This document shows, piece after piece, positions 37,801-46,809 of a DNA stretch of 64,000 nucleotides; the stretch's first letter is position 1; every line of letters begins with the position of its first letter. Below the pieces are notes generated by a model, which worked only from the letters and a program-made list of their open reading frames with translations, was not told where the DNA came from and ran no database searches. Origin of the DNA: Tagaea sp. (GTDB lineage: Bacteria; Pseudomonadota; Alphaproteobacteria; CACIAM-22H2); NCBI GenBank assembly GCA_965279525.1, contig CBDIIB010000005.1, positions 768,001 through 832,000 of the forward strand, written 5' to 3'. Position numbers and translations under genes: made by a program.

Positions 37801-38625
37801 ATGTCAGGCAACACGACCAAGATCGACGTGACGTCCGGCTCGCCCGAACGTTTCGGATTCGAGTGGGATCACTACGACGAACTCAACGCCGACTACGAGG
37901 AGCAGTTCCGCCGCTGGACGCGCCCGCTCTCGCCGGCCGACTGGCGCAGCCAGGCGTTCCTCGACGTCGGCTGCGGCATGGGCCGCAACAGCCTGTGGCC
38001 GATGCGCTACGGTGCGCGCGAGGGTCTCTCGATCGACGTCGATGCCCGCTCGCTGGCCGCCGCGCGCCGGACGCTGGCGGACTGGCCGGCGGCACGTGTC
38101 GAGGAGCGCAGCGCCTACGAGATCGGAGAGACCGATCGATTCGACATCGCATTCTCGATCGGTGTCATCCATCATCTCGAACATCCGGCGCTGGCACTCG
38201 GCCAGATGGTGCGCGCGACGCGGCCGGGCGGGCGGGTGCTGATTTGGGTCTACGGACGCGAGAACAACGGCTGGATCGTGCTTCTGCTGTCGCCGCTGCG
38301 ACGCATGCTCTTCAGCTGGCTGCCGATCGCGTTCGTCCACCATCTGTCGCTCTATCCCACGGCGTTGCTGTGGCTGGCGCTGCGGATGGGGGTGGGCGGG
38401 ATCGAGTATTTCCGCCTGATACGGAAGTTCTCTTTCCGGCACGTGCGCTCGATCGTGTTCGACCAGATGCTGCCCAAGATCGCCAACTACTGGAAGCGGG
38501 CGGAGGTCGAGGCGCTGATGCGCGGTGCGGGTCTCGAGGCGATCGAGCTCCATTGGATCAACGAAATGTCGTGGACGGCGATCGGCCGCAAGCCGACGAC
38601 CGCGCACGCGCAGGGGGCCGCATGA
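37801..38625 (+). CDS. Class I SAM-dependent methyltransferase
   Basis: RFGFEW, LDVGCGMGR, SIGVIHH, PGG..LIWVYG. Confidence 0.88.
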   Translation: MSGNTTKIDVTSGSPERFGFEWDHYDELNADYEEQFRRWTRPLSPADWRSQAFLDVGCGMGRNSLWPMRYGAREGLSIDVDARSLAAARRTLADWPAARVEERSAYEIGETDRFDIAFSIGVIHHLEHPALALGQMVRATRPGGRVLIWVYGRENNGWIVLLLSPLRRMLFSWLPIAFVHHLSLYPTALLWLALRMGVGGIEYFRLIRKFSFRHVRSIVFDQMLPKIANYWKRAEVEALMRGAGLEAIELHWINEMSWTAIGRKPTTAHAQGAA

Positions 38626-39617
38626 ATCCGGGTGAGACGACGGCAAGTGCCGGACCGCGCATTTCGATCGTGGTGCCGGTCTACAACGAAGAAGGCAACA
38701 TCGAGCCGCTGTGCGCACGCACCGTCGAGGCAATGGAAAGTTTCGGCGTGCCGTGGGAGATGATCGTCGTCGATGACGGCAGCCGCGACGCCACCTATCG
38801 CCGTCTTGCGGCGGTCGCCCTGAACGAGCCGCGCATCCGCGTGATCTCGCTGCGCCGCAACCGGGGCCAGACGGCTGCGATGGCCGCGGGCATCGACCAT
38901 GCTCAGGGCGAAGTCATCGTGCCGATGGACGGCGACCTGCAGAACGACCCGGTCGACATCCGCCGCCTAGTCGAGAAGCTCGACGAAGGCTACGACGTCG
39001 TCTCGGGCTGGCGGCGCGACCGCAAGGATGCGGCGATCAAGCGCAACTTCGTCAGCCGAGTCGCGAACCGGCTCATCAGCTGGATCAGCGGCGTGGAGCT
39101 GCACGACTACGGCTGTTCACTGAAGGCCTATCGCCGCGACGTGCTGCAGCACGTACGCCTCTACGGCGAGATGCACAGGTTCATCCCGATCTATGCGAGC
39201 TGGTACGGGAACCGGGTGACGGAACTCGAAGTGGCGCACCATCCGCGCGTTTCCGGAAACTCGAAATACGGACTCGAGCGCATCTTCAAGGTACTGCTCG
39301 ATCTGATGATGGTGCAGTTCCTGGCGCGCTACCAGACCAAGCCGCTCTACGTCTTCGGCTTCATGGCACTGGCGATGTTCGCGGGCGCGTTCCTGGCGGG
39401 TACGGTGGCACTCGCCCTCAAGCTGTTCTGGTCGATCTCGTTCATCCTGACGCCGCTGCCGCTGCTCGTCGTCATGTTCTTCGTGACCGGCGTCATCTGC
39501 ATGCTGATGGGCATTCTCGCCGAGATGCTGATGCGCGTCTATTTCGAGTCCCAGGGCAAGGCGATTTACGACATCGCCCATCAGGTCAACTTCAAGGAAC
39601 GCGGGCGCGACGCCTGA
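38622..39617 (+). CDS. Polyprenyl-phosphate glycosyltransferase (GT2, ArnC/GtrB/DPM1-like)
   Basis: VVPVYNEE, VDDGSRD, MDGDLQNDP, VVSGWR, HRFIP; two C-terminal TM helices. Confidence 0.9.
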   Translation: MNPGETTASAGPRISIVVPVYNEEGNIEPLCARTVEAMESFGVPWEMIVVDDGSRDATYRRLAAVALNEPRIRVISLRRNRGQTAAMAAGIDHAQGEVIVPMDGDLQNDPVDIRRLVEKLDEGYDVVSGWRRDRKDAAIKRNFVSRVANRLISWISGVELHDYGCSLKAYRRDVLQHVRLYGEMHRFIPIYASWYGNRVTELEVAHHPRVSGNSKYGLERIFKVLLDLMMVQFLARYQTKPLYVFGFMALAMFAGAFLAGTVALALKLFWSISFILTPLPLLVVMFFVTGVICMLMGILAEMLMRVYFESQGKAIYDIAHQVNFKERGRDA

Positions 39618-41506
39618 TGTGCGGTATCGCCGGATTCGCCGGGAAAGCCCGGACATCTGACGCCGCACGGACGCTGCGCGCGATGACGGATGCCATCGCG
39701 CGTCGCGGTCCGGACGGGGACGGATTCTGGTCGGATCCGGATGCTGGTGTGCATCTCGGCCACCGTCGCCTCGCGATCATCGATGTCGCAGGTGGTGCCC
39801 AGCCGATGTGGACGGCCGACGGCAGGCTGGGCGTCGTGTTCAACGGAGAGATCTACAACCATCGCGATTTGCGTAGCGAGCTCGAAGCCGCGGGCCACCA
39901 TTTCCGCACGGATTCCTCGGACACCGAGGTGCTGCTGCACGGCTGGCGGGCGTGGGGCGAAGGGCTCTTCGAGCGGCTGAACGGCATGTTCGCGTTTGCG
40001 CTCTACGATGCCAAGCGACGCGAACTGGTGATCGCGCGCGACAGATTCGGCGAGAAGCCGCTTTACTGGCATGCACACGATGGGTTTTTCGCTTTCGCAA
40101 GCGAGTTGACGGCCCTCGTCAGCCATCCGGCCGTGCCGCGCGAGCCCGACAGCCGTGCGCTCGCGAAATTCCTGGCGCATGGATTCTTCCCAGCTCCCAA
40201 TACGGCACTGGCTGGCGTGCGCAAGCTGCCGGCCGGACACTTCCTGCGCGTCGGCGTGGGCGCGCCCATCGAGCCGGACCCGCGCGCCTACTGGACCTTC
40301 GCGATCCGGCCCGACCCGAAGCTTGCCGAGCGGGGTGATGCCGAACTTGCCGAGGAACTTCACTCGCTTCTGAAGCGTGCGGTGGTCCGTCGCCTCGAAA
40401 GCGAGGTTCCGCTCGGGTTCCTGCTTTCCGGCGGGATCGACAGTTCGGCCGTGGCGACCTTCGCAGCCGAAGCACCCGGTGCTTCGCAGCCGCTGACTTT
40501 CGCGATGGGCTTTGCCGAGCCGTCGTACGACGAAAGCGCCTGGGCCCGTTCGGTCGCCCAATGCATCGGCAGCCGTCATTTCGAGGAAACCTGCGACCTC
40601 GATGCCGCTCGCGCCGAGTTGCCGGCGCTGCTCGCACGGCTCGACGAGCCAACTGCCGACCCGTCCATTCTGCCGACGTTCCAGGTCTGCCGGCATGCGC
40701 GCCGCAACGTGACGGTGGCGCTGTCCGGCGATGGTGGGGACGAGCTTTTCGCGGGCTACGACACGTTCCGCGCACTGGCGCCCACGCGCGCATACCGCGC
40801 GTTCGTTCCGCGTGGCCTCGATCCGCTCTTCGCCGCTCTCGCGGGCATGTTGCCTCAAGGCGACGGGAACATGAGCCTCGATTTCAAGCTGCGGCGCGCC
40901 CTGCGCGGTGCGGCACACGAACCCGCCTTGTGGAATCCGGTCTGGCTTGGCCCTCTCGGCCCCGACGAGATCTCGGAAATGCAGGGATCGCGCGTCGATC
41001 CGGAAGAACTCTATTCCGAGGCGCTTGCCGCATGGCGTGGCGCGCCGTCGGAAGACGCGATCGACCGCACGCTCGAGTTCTACACGCGCTTCTACCTCGC
41101 CGACGGGATTCTCGCGAAGACGGACCGCGCGTCGATGCTGAACTCGCTGGAGCTACGCGCTCCGTTCCTCGATCCGGACATCGCGGACTTCGCCGCCCGA
41201 CTGCCTGCATCCTTCAAATTCGGCCACGGGCGCGGCAAGCGACTGCTGCGACTGGCTCTTCGCGGCGTCCTGCCGGATGCGATCCTCGACCGGCCGAAGA
41301 AGGGCTTCGGCATTCCCGTGGCTTCGTGGCTGCGCGAAATGCCGATGCCGCCGCCGGCCGGCATTCTCGACGATGCGTGGTTCCAGCGGCGCTGGCGCGA
41401 ACACGCGGAACGCAAGCGCGACTGGCGCGGTGCGCTGTTCGCGTGGATGTCAGTCGGCTACTGCCCGGTCCTGGCGCGGCAAGCCGCGTCGTCCGAGGCC
41501 GTCTGA
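39617..41506 (+). CDS. asnB: Asparagine synthase-like glutamine amidotransferase (glycan-associated)
   Basis: MCGIAG, RGPD, HRRLAIID, FNGEIYN, LSGGIDSS, LSGDGGDE, KKGF. Confidence 0.9.
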   Translation: MCGIAGFAGKARTSDAARTLRAMTDAIARRGPDGDGFWSDPDAGVHLGHRRLAIIDVAGGAQPMWTADGRLGVVFNGEIYNHRDLRSELEAAGHHFRTDSSDTEVLLHGWRAWGEGLFERLNGMFAFALYDAKRRELVIARDRFGEKPLYWHAHDGFFAFASELTALVSHPAVPREPDSRALAKFLAHGFFPAPNTALAGVRKLPAGHFLRVGVGAPIEPDPRAYWTFAIRPDPKLAERGDAELAEELHSLLKRAVVRRLESEVPLGFLLSGGIDSSAVATFAAEAPGASQPLTFAMGFAEPSYDESAWARSVAQCIGSRHFEETCDLDAARAELPALLARLDEPTADPSILPTFQVCRHARRNVTVALSGDGGDELFAGYDTFRALAPTRAYRAFVPRGLDPLFAALAGMLPQGDGNMSLDFKLRRALRGAAHEPALWNPVWLGPLGPDEISEMQGSRVDPEELYSEALAAWRGAPSEDAIDRTLEFYTRFYLADGILAKTDRASMLNSLELRAPFLDPDIADFAARLPASFKFGHGRGKRLLRLALRGVLPDAILDRPKKGFGIPVASWLREMPMPPPAGILDDAWFQRRWREHAERKRDWRGALFAWMSVGYCPVLARQAASSEAV

Positions 41507-43179
41507 AGATCGTAGATCCGCACCGGCGGCCCGAAGCCGCCGCGCCCGAACCACGTCCAGGCCGGTTCGCGGAAGATGAGGGTGCGCCGCATGTCGAGGT
41601 CGTATTTCGCGTCCTGCGCGTTCTCGAACGAGGCGACGAGCGTGCCGCAGACGTGGATATCGGCATACCAGCCGGGTGCGGTCCAGTCGCGTAGCTCTGC
41701 GAGGGCGGCGTACCGCCAGCCGCGGGCATGCAGGAACGCCAGTGGATTGCTGCCTACGGCGCGCCACGCCTCGGCTCTGACTTGATTGAGATCGACATAG
41801 GCGACGGGCGTCGGCAGCCTTACGGGAGCCGGGCGCGTTCCAAGCGCTGCGACCTGCCGGTCGCGGTTGCGCAGCGCACCGGCATCGACCGCGGCCACGG
41901 CGGCGACCGCATCGGGCGTATTGCGGAACCAGACGCCGGGAATATGAATGCCGACACCTGCGCGCGCGACCGGGACCGTCTCGATCCAGCGCCGGGCAGC
42001 GAGGCGCGTGTCCGGGGCCATCATCAGAATCGTGAGCTGAATGGCGCATGCGGCCGGATAGGCAAGCACGGCCGCTGCGGTGACGGCAGCGGATCGAGGC
42101 CAGGCGATCCGGTCGATCCACGCGGCCAGTGCAAGGGCAAGTATCGGGACCTGCGGGAGCGCGTAGCGCTCTTCCTGGGGCATGAAGACGTAGAGGAACG
42201 CGGCGTAGCACAGGAGGAAGGCGATGCCGCACACGGCGACAAGCCGGCGTTCGCGCCAGAACACGAGTGTCGCAACCAGAGCACCCAGCCCGCCCGCAGC
42301 GAGCACCGGGTTCGACCAGAGATACGCACGCAGGAAGAACCAGGCATTCGCGACGAACCCGTCGAGCGATTTCGGCTGCGAGACGGGAAGGATGGACTTC
42401 GCCCCGACAAGACGCTCGATCGCCGGGAGATGTGCGAGCGCAAAGATCGCGACGAGTGTGCCGGCGATGACAACGGTCTCGATGGCGGCACGGCCGACAA
42501 GCCCGGAGAACCGCCGCATCCGGATCGCGCGGGCCATGTGGGCCACGGCCAATGCCGCTAGACCAAGCCCGCCGATGTAGCTGGCGCCGAAGCCGAGACC
42601 GCCGAGCACGGCCGCCCAGCGGTAGTCGGAAAGCCTGCCTTCGCGCAGCACTCGAAACGAGAACAGGATCGTCGCGCAGATGAAGAAGACCGTCGCCGAC
42701 CAGTGCCGCGCCGTCGCCGACATCATCAGGTGCGTCGGGTCGACGGCGACGAGTGCCGCGGCGGCCAGCGCCGCGGGCATCCCGAAACCGAGTTCGCGCC
42801 CGATCCGGAAAACGACCGCGACGGTCGCAACGCCAAAGGCCGCGCTGACCGCGCGGGCCGCGTACCAGTAGAGCTCGGGCGAGAACGACAGGGCGAGCGC
42901 CATGTCCGCAAGAGAGATGAAGCCGTTGGAGATCCAGATAGCTGCGGCGACGGGAACGATCGCGGCCGCGTAGAACCACGCGACCAGCGGCGGGTAATAG
43001 AGCGTCTCGGCGAGGAGCAGCGACAGGGTCGGGATCGGATTGCGCAGTTCGATCATCCGGAGCGCACCGCCGATCATCACCTCCTCGTCCGAGGCGAGCG
43101 GCAGGGGCAGGCCGGCGGTCGCCGAGGCAAGGCGGATCAGTGCTGTTGCCAGCAGCAGAGCCGCAAGCGTGCGGTTCAC
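41458..43179 (-). CDS. GT-C fold membrane glycosyltransferase (ArnT/PMT-like)
   Basis: First TM followed by SDEE, YYPP, ARAVSA.FG, ERY.LP, about 11-12 TM helices, periplasmic tail; GTG start overlaps the upstream stop. Confidence 0.75.
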   Translation of the reverse strand: MNRTLAALLLATALIRLASATAGLPLPLASDEEVMIGGALRMIELRNPIPTLSLLLAETLYYPPLVAWFYAAAIVPVAAAIWISNGFISLADMALALSFSPELYWYAARAVSAAFGVATVAVVFRIGRELGFGMPAALAAAALVAVDPTHLMMSATARHWSATVFFICATILFSFRVLREGRLSDYRWAAVLGGLGFGASYIGGLGLAALAVAHMARAIRMRRFSGLVGRAAIETVVIAGTLVAIFALAHLPAIERLVGAKSILPVSQPKSLDGFVANAWFFLRAYLWSNPVLAAGGLGALVATLVFWRERRLVAVCGIAFLLCYAAFLYVFMPQEERYALPQVPILALALAAWIDRIAWPRSAAVTAAAVLAYPAACAIQLTILMMAPDTRLAARRWIETVPVARAGVGIHIPGVWFRNTPDAVAAVAAVDAGALRNRDRQVAALGTRPAPVRLPTPVAYVDLNQVRAEAWRAVGSNPLAFLHARGWRYAALAELRDWTAPGWYADIHVCGTLVASFENAQDAKYDLDMRRTLIFREPAWTWFGRGGFGPPVRIYDLQTASDDAACRARTGQ

Positions 43180-44114
43180 GGCCGGCGCGCCCGCGCGATC
43201 ACCGAAAGCCCAGCCCGCTCGAGACCCGGCAGTCGCGTCGTCCAGTCGTCGATCCGGGTGGCAAGCCGCGCGATGGCGCGGATGCCGGGAATGAAGCGGA
43301 AAAGCCGGTTGAAGACGAGTACGTCGCTGTTCATGAGCAGGCAAAAGCCGAAAAATCCGTACGTCCGCCAGCGCTCCAGTTCCAGACCGGCGCGCTCGAG
43401 CGGCGGTGCCGTCTCGCGCCAGAGGAGTGGGCGTTCGGTCTCGTGGTCGAGATGCGGCGAGATCCGGTAGATCACGGCGCGGATCGCGCGCCACAGCCAG
43501 AAGTCGCTCACCGGTTCGCGGAAGACGAAGCAGCCCCCCGGCTTCAGGATACGCGCGATCTCGCCGAAAAGCGCGTCGCGGTCGTTGACGTGATGGATGC
43601 CGCCGAGCATCAGCACGGTGTCGAACGAAGCGTCGGCGATGGGCAGCCGCGTAGCGTCGCCCTGAACGAACAGGTGACGCGACATGCCGGGGCGTCCGGC
43701 CGCGGCAGTGAGCATGTTCGCCGAGATGTCGACACCCACGCCGGTCCGGATGCGATTGCCGAGCAGGGCGAGGCCGTCGGCTTGGCCGCAGCAGATCTCC
43801 GCGACGGTGTCGAGCGAGCAGCCTTCCAGCGTCTCGAACAGCGCGCGGTCGAGATAAGCCGAATATTCCTGGGTATGCGGGTAACCGAGGTTCTCGAGGT
43901 AAAGGGGTGCAAGCTGGTCGTAGTGAGCCTGTTGGCGCGCCGCGTCGACCGGGAGGCTGCGAGCGCCCATGAGCACGATGCCCGCATCGTTGATGGGATA
44001 GATATGGCTTCCGTCGGCGGTCGCCAGCGCCCGTCCGCGCGCTTCGACCGGAAGCCCCGTCTCGGGGCAACGGAGCATGGAAAATCGGTCGTCGTGGCCG
44101 GGTGCTTGGGGCAT
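43176..44114 (-). CDS. SAM-dependent methyltransferase with Trm112-like N-terminus
   Basis: LRCPETG..YPI, EICCG, VDIS..ML, QGDA..LP, GGIHH, LKPGG. Confidence 0.82.
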   Translation of the reverse strand: MPQAPGHDDRFSMLRCPETGLPVEARGRALATADGSHIYPINDAGIVLMGARSLPVDAARQQAHYDQLAPLYLENLGYPHTQEYSAYLDRALFETLEGCSLDTVAEICCGQADGLALLGNRIRTGVGVDISANMLTAAAGRPGMSRHLFVQGDATRLPIADASFDTVLMLGGIHHVNDRDALFGEIARILKPGGCFVFREPVSDFWLWRAIRAVIYRISPHLDHETERPLLWRETAPPLERAGLELERWRTYGFFGFCLLMNSDVLVFNRLFRFIPGIRAIARLATRIDDWTTRLPGLERAGLSVIARARRP

Positions 44115-44214
44115 TTTTCTCGACCGGACGGGAGGACCCCGCAGCAGGAATCGCGTCGGGTTGCCTAGGGCGTCTCTCAATAGTCGCAAGGCCCGTTCCG
44201 GGTCAAGGCGACCG

Positions 44215-44265
44215 CGCCCCGAAGCGATGGACTGGGTCTGGGCCGTCCCGAAGGTGCGGGGCTAG
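44215..44265 (+). repeat. 43-bp direct repeat, copy 2 (orphan 3' end of the methyltransferase gene with stop codon)
   Basis: Encodes RPEAMDWVWAVPKVRG-stop; both mismatches to copy 1 are synonymous. Confidence 0.92.
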
Positions 44266-44269
44266 GTCG

Positions 44270-45286
44270 TCAGCCCGCGGCCGGCCGGTCGCCGTCGCGC
44301 ACGCGGCCCGTACCCGTCAGCACGCGCAGGACCCCGTAGGCGGCCCCTGCCGCGATCACCGAGCTGAAATAGACGTTGAGCGCGATGGCCGCGGGCAGGA
44401 AACCGGGGCGGTTGCGCGCGACGAACCCGTAGAATCCCGACATGCACCAGGCAAACGCGGCGGCGAATGTCGCCGGGACGGGCCACAGCACGGGCCAGAT
44501 GCCCGCGATCAGCGCCGTGCCGATCGCCGCGGGTGCCGCAAGCGTCCCCAGCCCGATACGCGCCGTCGCCAGCCCGCCCGATTCCAGCTTCGGCGTGCGC
44601 AGGAAGAACTCGGCCCAGATCGAGACGCGGTGGAAATAGGTGCGCGTCAGTTTCCCGAAATCCGGGAACGCGTGCTGCGAGGTCATCGCGGGATCGAGCA
44701 GCAGCCGATGGCGGCGCACGATCCGGCGGCCGAACTCCTCGTTCTCGTAGTCCATGCCCCACGCGAAGCCTTCGTTGAAGCCGCCAAGCTCGCGGAAGAC
44801 CGACGCGCGGATGCCCGCCGTGCTTGCCGAAAAGGTCTCATAGGCGAACACGCCTTCGCGCGAGAAGCCGTAGTAGTTGAAATACGCCTTGTATCGCGGG
44901 ACCGCGCCGTCGTTGAGCGGCTCCATCGCGTAGATGCCGCTGACGGCGTCCGCCTCCGGGATGCGCGCCAGGAAGCGTTCGACCATGTCGGGCGACGGCC
45001 GCGTGTCGCTGTCGACGAAGACCAGATACTCGCCTTGCGCCACGGCGGCACCGCGGTTGCGCGCGATCGACGGGCCGCCGTTGCGCTCCAGCGCCACGAC
45101 GCGCACGGTTCCGGAATATTCGGTGGCCATCGCACGCGCCAGATCGAGCGTGCCGTCGGTCGAGACGTCGTCGACGACAAGGATTTCGAGCGGCGGGACG
45201 CTACCGCGCAGCAGCGCTTCGACACATATGCCCAGCGTGGCGGTCGCGTTGTAGGCCGGAATGACGACGCTGACCGAGGGCGGCAA
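44270..45286 (-). CDS. Glycosyltransferase family 2 with C-terminal TM segments
   Basis: SVVIPAYN, VDDVSTD, ARNRG, FVDSD, GGFNE. Confidence 0.88.
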   Translation of the reverse strand: MPPSVSVVIPAYNATATLGICVEALLRGSVPPLEILVVDDVSTDGTLDLARAMATEYSGTVRVVALERNGGPSIARNRGAAVAQGEYLVFVDSDTRPSPDMVERFLARIPEADAVSGIYAMEPLNDGAVPRYKAYFNYYGFSREGVFAYETFSASTAGIRASVFRELGGFNEGFAWGMDYENEEFGRRIVRRHRLLLDPAMTSQHAFPDFGKLTRTYFHRVSIWAEFFLRTPKLESGGLATARIGLGTLAAPAAIGTALIAGIWPVLWPVPATFAAAFAWCMSGFYGFVARNRPGFLPAAIALNVYFSSVIAAGAAYGVLRVLTGTGRVRDGDRPAAG

Positions 45287-46438
45287 TCAGCTTTCCGCCT
45301 TGACCGGGGTGCCCGCCGGCCGGCGGGCACGCGTGCCGATATTGCCGATCGTGCGCGCGACCATGCTCGGATAGTTCGAATAGCCCCACACGGCACTTGC
45401 CGCGAGCGCGCATTCGAACGAGCACTTGCACTTCGTGTCCTTGATCCACTTGCGCATCTCGTCGTTCTCGTGCTGTGCGAGAAGGCGCTTCAGGTCGTAG
45501 TCGTTGTCGCGCAGCTTGCCCATCGACTTTCCGAGGATCTCGCACGGATAGACCTCGCCCGTCTCGCTGACGACCACGAGCTTGCGGCCCGCCACGCAAG
45601 GCGACACGAACTCGTCGTCGAAGACCACGCGCAGAAGGTTGTCGCGCGCCACGTCCGATGCGGCGCGCCAGACCGGGTAGAGGAACCGCGACTCGCGGTT
45701 CTTTTCGCGGTCGCGCAGGAACTCGTAGATCGCCTCGTACTTTTGGCGCGCCTTGGTCTTGTAGCCTTCGTTGCGGATGTCGCCGCGCGCGAAGGTGACC
45801 GAGATGTTGTCGAAGTCGAAATTCGTGTCGAGGTAGCGCACGGTATCGAGCAGCGTGTCCTCGGACTGGGCCGTGAACACCGAATTCGAATCGAGCGTCA
45901 GGTTCGGATAGCGCGCGCGCAGTGCGGCCATCCGCACGTAGCATTCCTCGATCTTGCGGAACGAACCCGGCATCGAGCGCAGCGTGTCGTGTGCCTCGCC
46001 GATGCCTTCGACCGAGAAGACCAGCCGGAAGTAGGTGTCCGGATAGGCCGGCAGGATCTCGGTGAAGTACCGTTCCATGCGGTCGCCGAGCGAAGCGTTC
46101 GTCGGGATGGTGACGAAGCGCGGCGTCGTGTTGTCGAGCCACGCGCGCGTGACGGCTTCAAGGTCGGAGCGGATGAACGCTTCGCCGCCGGTCATCGAAA
46201 GCTGGATGAGCGGGCCGACGCTGGCTGCGATCTTGCGGATCTCGTCGACCGTCAGCTCGTCGGGCTTCAGGCCCTTCTCGATCTCGGCGCCGTAGAAGCA
46301 GAACTTGCAGCGGAAATTGCAGCGGTTCGTGACGTAGAAAATCAGGTAGCCGACCTGATTCGGATCGGCGAACGAGCGCACGTTCCGCCCGAGCGAGCGC
46401 AGGCGGCCGGACAATGGCGTCGGGACAGATTCGGTCAT
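45287..46438 (-). CDS. Radical SAM/SPASM domain protein
   Basis: CNFRCKFC, TGGE, CVAG, GEVYPCE, CKCSFEC. Confidence 0.9.
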   Translation of the reverse strand: MTESVPTPLSGRLRSLGRNVRSFADPNQVGYLIFYVTNRCNFRCKFCFYGAEIEKGLKPDELTVDEIRKIAASVGPLIQLSMTGGEAFIRSDLEAVTRAWLDNTTPRFVTIPTNASLGDRMERYFTEILPAYPDTYFRLVFSVEGIGEAHDTLRSMPGSFRKIEECYVRMAALRARYPNLTLDSNSVFTAQSEDTLLDTVRYLDTNFDFDNISVTFARGDIRNEGYKTKARQKYEAIYEFLRDREKNRESRFLYPVWRAASDVARDNLLRVVFDDEFVSPCVAGRKLVVVSETGEVYPCEILGKSMGKLRDNDYDLKRLLAQHENDEMRKWIKDTKCKCSFECALAASAVWGYSNYPSMVARTIGNIGTRARRPAGTPVKAES

Positions 46439-46551
46439 TTCGTGGAGACGACTCGCTGGATCGGTAAGGGGGGCGGAAGGGGCCAATCTAGAACCCGGAC
46501 CGCCCGAATTCAATTGATCCCGGGGGGGCCTTGCCCCTCGGGCCGTTGTGG

Positions 46552-46701
46552 TCAATTCACGACCACGGAGACGCTTTCGGCCGGACGGTCGGCGCGCGCG
46601 ATGGCCACACCACCCAGAATCAACACCACCGCAAGGGCGAGTGCCTGGAGGCGGCTCATCGAGCGGGGACGCGGACTGCGGATCGGGGCGAGATCGGTCA
46701 T
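46552..46701 (-). CDS. Small single-TM protein (49 aa, not in the ORF track)
   Basis: MTDLAPIRSPRPRSMSRLQALALAVVLILGGVAIARADRPAESVSVVVN. Confidence 0.4.
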   Translation of the reverse strand: MTDLAPIRSPRPRSMSRLQALALAVVLILGGVAIARADRPAESVSVVVN

Positions 46702-46809
46702 GGCGGGTTTCCGTGGGCGCGTATCGATTCCCTATTCCTCACAAGAACGCAAGGGTCGTGCCGCTTATTCCTTGAACCCGGCGCCGGCTTCGCCCATTTT
46801 GCGCCACCC

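Larger units (their letters stand above)
32640..46550. mobile_element. Putative genomic island between htpX and rsmB (no mobility gene seen)
   Basis: Abrupt AT-richer DNA after the htpX stop, orphan ORFs and glycan genes; GAATTCAATTGA near both ends; htpX and rsmB are commonly neighbours in Alphaproteobacteria. Confidence 0.5.

Noticed and set aside
39617-41506. AsnB-like gene as a lasso peptide cyclase
   Set aside because: It has an intact N-terminal Cys glutaminase domain, no B1/B2 or precursor genes, and glycosyltransferase neighbours.
41458-44070. 870-aa ORF as a single fused protein
   Set aside because: Its first ~296 codons are an off-frame overlap with the methyltransferase; the GT-C gene starts at GTG 43179.
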